Source of the DNA: a virus
Taxonomy: Duplodnaviria; Caudoviricetes
IMG/VR virus record: IMGVR_UViG_3300037264_001837
Coordinates: 1 to 53,270 of that record
Strand: one strand, 5' to 3'
Length of the DNA stretch: 53,270 nucleotides
The position numbers and the translations under genes were made by a program. Below the pieces are notes generated by a model. The model worked only from the letters and a program-made list of their open reading frames with translations. It was not told where the DNA came from and made no database searches. Below are positions 52,126 to 53,270 of this stretch, piece by piece (the first letter of the stretch is position 1; every line of letters begins with the position of its first letter).

Positions 52126-52739
52126 ATCTCCGGGACCTGCGAGAGCTCCGGGCTCAGGCCGAGCGCGACGGCTGGCGCAGCCCCGCGCTGATCGCGCTCG
52201 GCCGCGCCTGCGATCGGCTGGGGGTTCCGCTGGCTCCGCTCGTCCCGCCCTGGGCCTGGGCGCGCTTCGCGATCCTGTCGGACGGGGTCGAGGGAGCGAT
52301 GCAACGAATCACGATCGCTGCGCTCGAAATCGAGCACACGACCCAGAACGTAATCCCGTGGCTGCGGGTCGACGCGTTCATAGAGGAGCATGGGTGGTCG
52401 GATAAGCGCCTATGGATCTGCCCAGGTAACGACTTGGCCGCGCTGACCGGCTGCAAGAACCACACGGAGATCCCGCTGCCCGACGGCGGGGACCACCAGG
52501 CAGCGCTTCGGGCATGGGTGCGGGACCAGCCGCGCCCCGCGTGGACCGTCGCGGCGCTCGCGATGGCGTGGGCCTGGACCGCGGCGCGACCGTCTCGGCT
52601 CGCGAGCTCGAAGCATCGCCACTCGGCGGGGACCGTCCTGGACCTTGCGCGGCTCTGGCCCCAGGTGAGTGAACACCGGATCGACGAGACGCTTTACAGC
52701 GATACCGGCGTATTATATAATCAGAGCCACGGCACGTGA
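52122..52739 (+). CDS. hypothetical protein
   Basis: GTGA overlap. Confidence 0.55.
   Translation: MNLRDLRELRAQAERDGWRSPALIALGRACDRLGVPLAPLVPPWAWARFAILSDGVEGAMQRITIAALEIEHTTQNVIPWLRVDAFIEEHGWSDKRLWICPGNDLAALTGCKNHTEIPLPDGGDHQAALRAWVRDQPRPAWTVAALAMAWAWTAARPSRLASSKHRHSAGTVLDLARLWPQVSEHRIDETLYSDTGVLYNQSHGT
52693..52721 (+). promoter_or_regulatory. strong sigma70-type promoter for the replication module
   Basis: TTTACA-17 nt-TATAAT(CAGAG). Confidence 0.75.
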
Positions 52740-52773
52740 GTCGCGCAACGCGCGTAGAAAGAGAGACGAGACG

Positions 52774-53175
52774 ATGGCGAGTCTGAGCGTAGGATTGAAG
52801 GCCAGGGGCGCGAAGCTCTTCGCGGAGGGGCTCCGGGACATCGCAACGGGCCTCGAGAAGATCGACGCCGCAGGGGTCGAGGTCGAGGTCACGACCACGA
52901 CCGAAGGCGCGACCGCCGCCCCTGAGCAGCCCGCCCCCGCGCCCAAGGCACCGAAGGCCGCGAAGCCGCCCAAGTGCAGCGGCGACGCGCCGGCGCCCGC
53001 GCCCGCGGCCAAGACCGGCCCCACGGTCGATGATGTCCGGACCGGGGTCCAGAGCCTGATCAAGGCCCGTGGCCGCGAGGCCGCGCTCGAGCTGCTGGGC
53101 AAGTTCGGGGTCCAGAAGGTCAGCGACCTCAAGCCCGAGCACTTCCAGGCCGCCATCGACGAGTGCGGCCCTTGA
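52774..53175 (+). CDS. APSE-type replication-module protein (Pro/Ala linker + small C-terminal helical domain)
   Basis: T.DDVR, G...A..LL.KFG...VSDL.PE.F; usual position just before DUF2800. Confidence 0.8.
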   Translation: MASLSVGLKARGAKLFAEGLRDIATGLEKIDAAGVEVEVTTTTEGATAAPEQPAPAPKAPKAAKPPKCSGDAPAPAPAAKTGPTVDDVRTGVQSLIKARGREAALELLGKFGVQKVSDLKPEHFQAAIDECGP

Positions 53176-53270
53176 GCAAGCACGCGCAACTCGGGGCCTC
53201 CAGCGCACACCGCTGGATGGCCTGCCCGGGATCGGTCAGGCTCAGCGCGGAGCTGCCACCGTCGATCCCC
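53144..53270. repeat. terminal direct repeat copy (assembly overlap)
   Basis: identical to 1-127. Confidence 0.97.

Overview
The window is an apparently complete, circularly assembled genome of a GC-rich (roughly 70% by eye) siphovirus-like tailed phage. The first 127 nt are repeated at 53144-53270, so the unit length is about 53,143 bp. The + strand arm (about 46300 through the junction to 13743) carries early and replication genes: Prim-Pol/SF3 primase-helicase, small hypothetical genes separated by conserved intergenic repeats, an APSE-like module (DUF2800 nuclease, DUF2815 SSB, family A DNA polymerase with Leu762, SNF2-like helicase, VRR-NUC-like nuclease), two DNA methyltransferases and a DUF5664 dNTP diphosphohydrolase. 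The - strand arm (about 45990 down to 13811) carries an RHH regulator, a ParB-like gene, a Mom-like DNA hypermodification gene, terminase, portal, head and neck genes with an inserted glycosyltransferase/methyltransferase cassette, tail genes with a -1 frameshift chaperone, and lysis genes. I recognised no integrase, CI-like repressor or CRISPR array. The most striking observation is a complete 75-nt tRNA-Gly-like cloverleaf (anticodon ACC, U73, encoded CCA, non-canonical A8, G33 and bulged T-stem) inside the 3' coding end of the mom-like gene. Mom enzymes are reported to use Gly-tRNA(Gly) as donor, so the gene may carry its own co-substrate. Other notable features are a shared C-terminal DP[LM][GA] tag on unrelated proteins, tail-region proteins with Sec-type signal peptides, an Acb1-like 2H phosphoesterase fused to the prohead protease, and 21-bp-phased repeats upstream of the late operon. 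All family assignments come from motif recognition by eye, not database searches.
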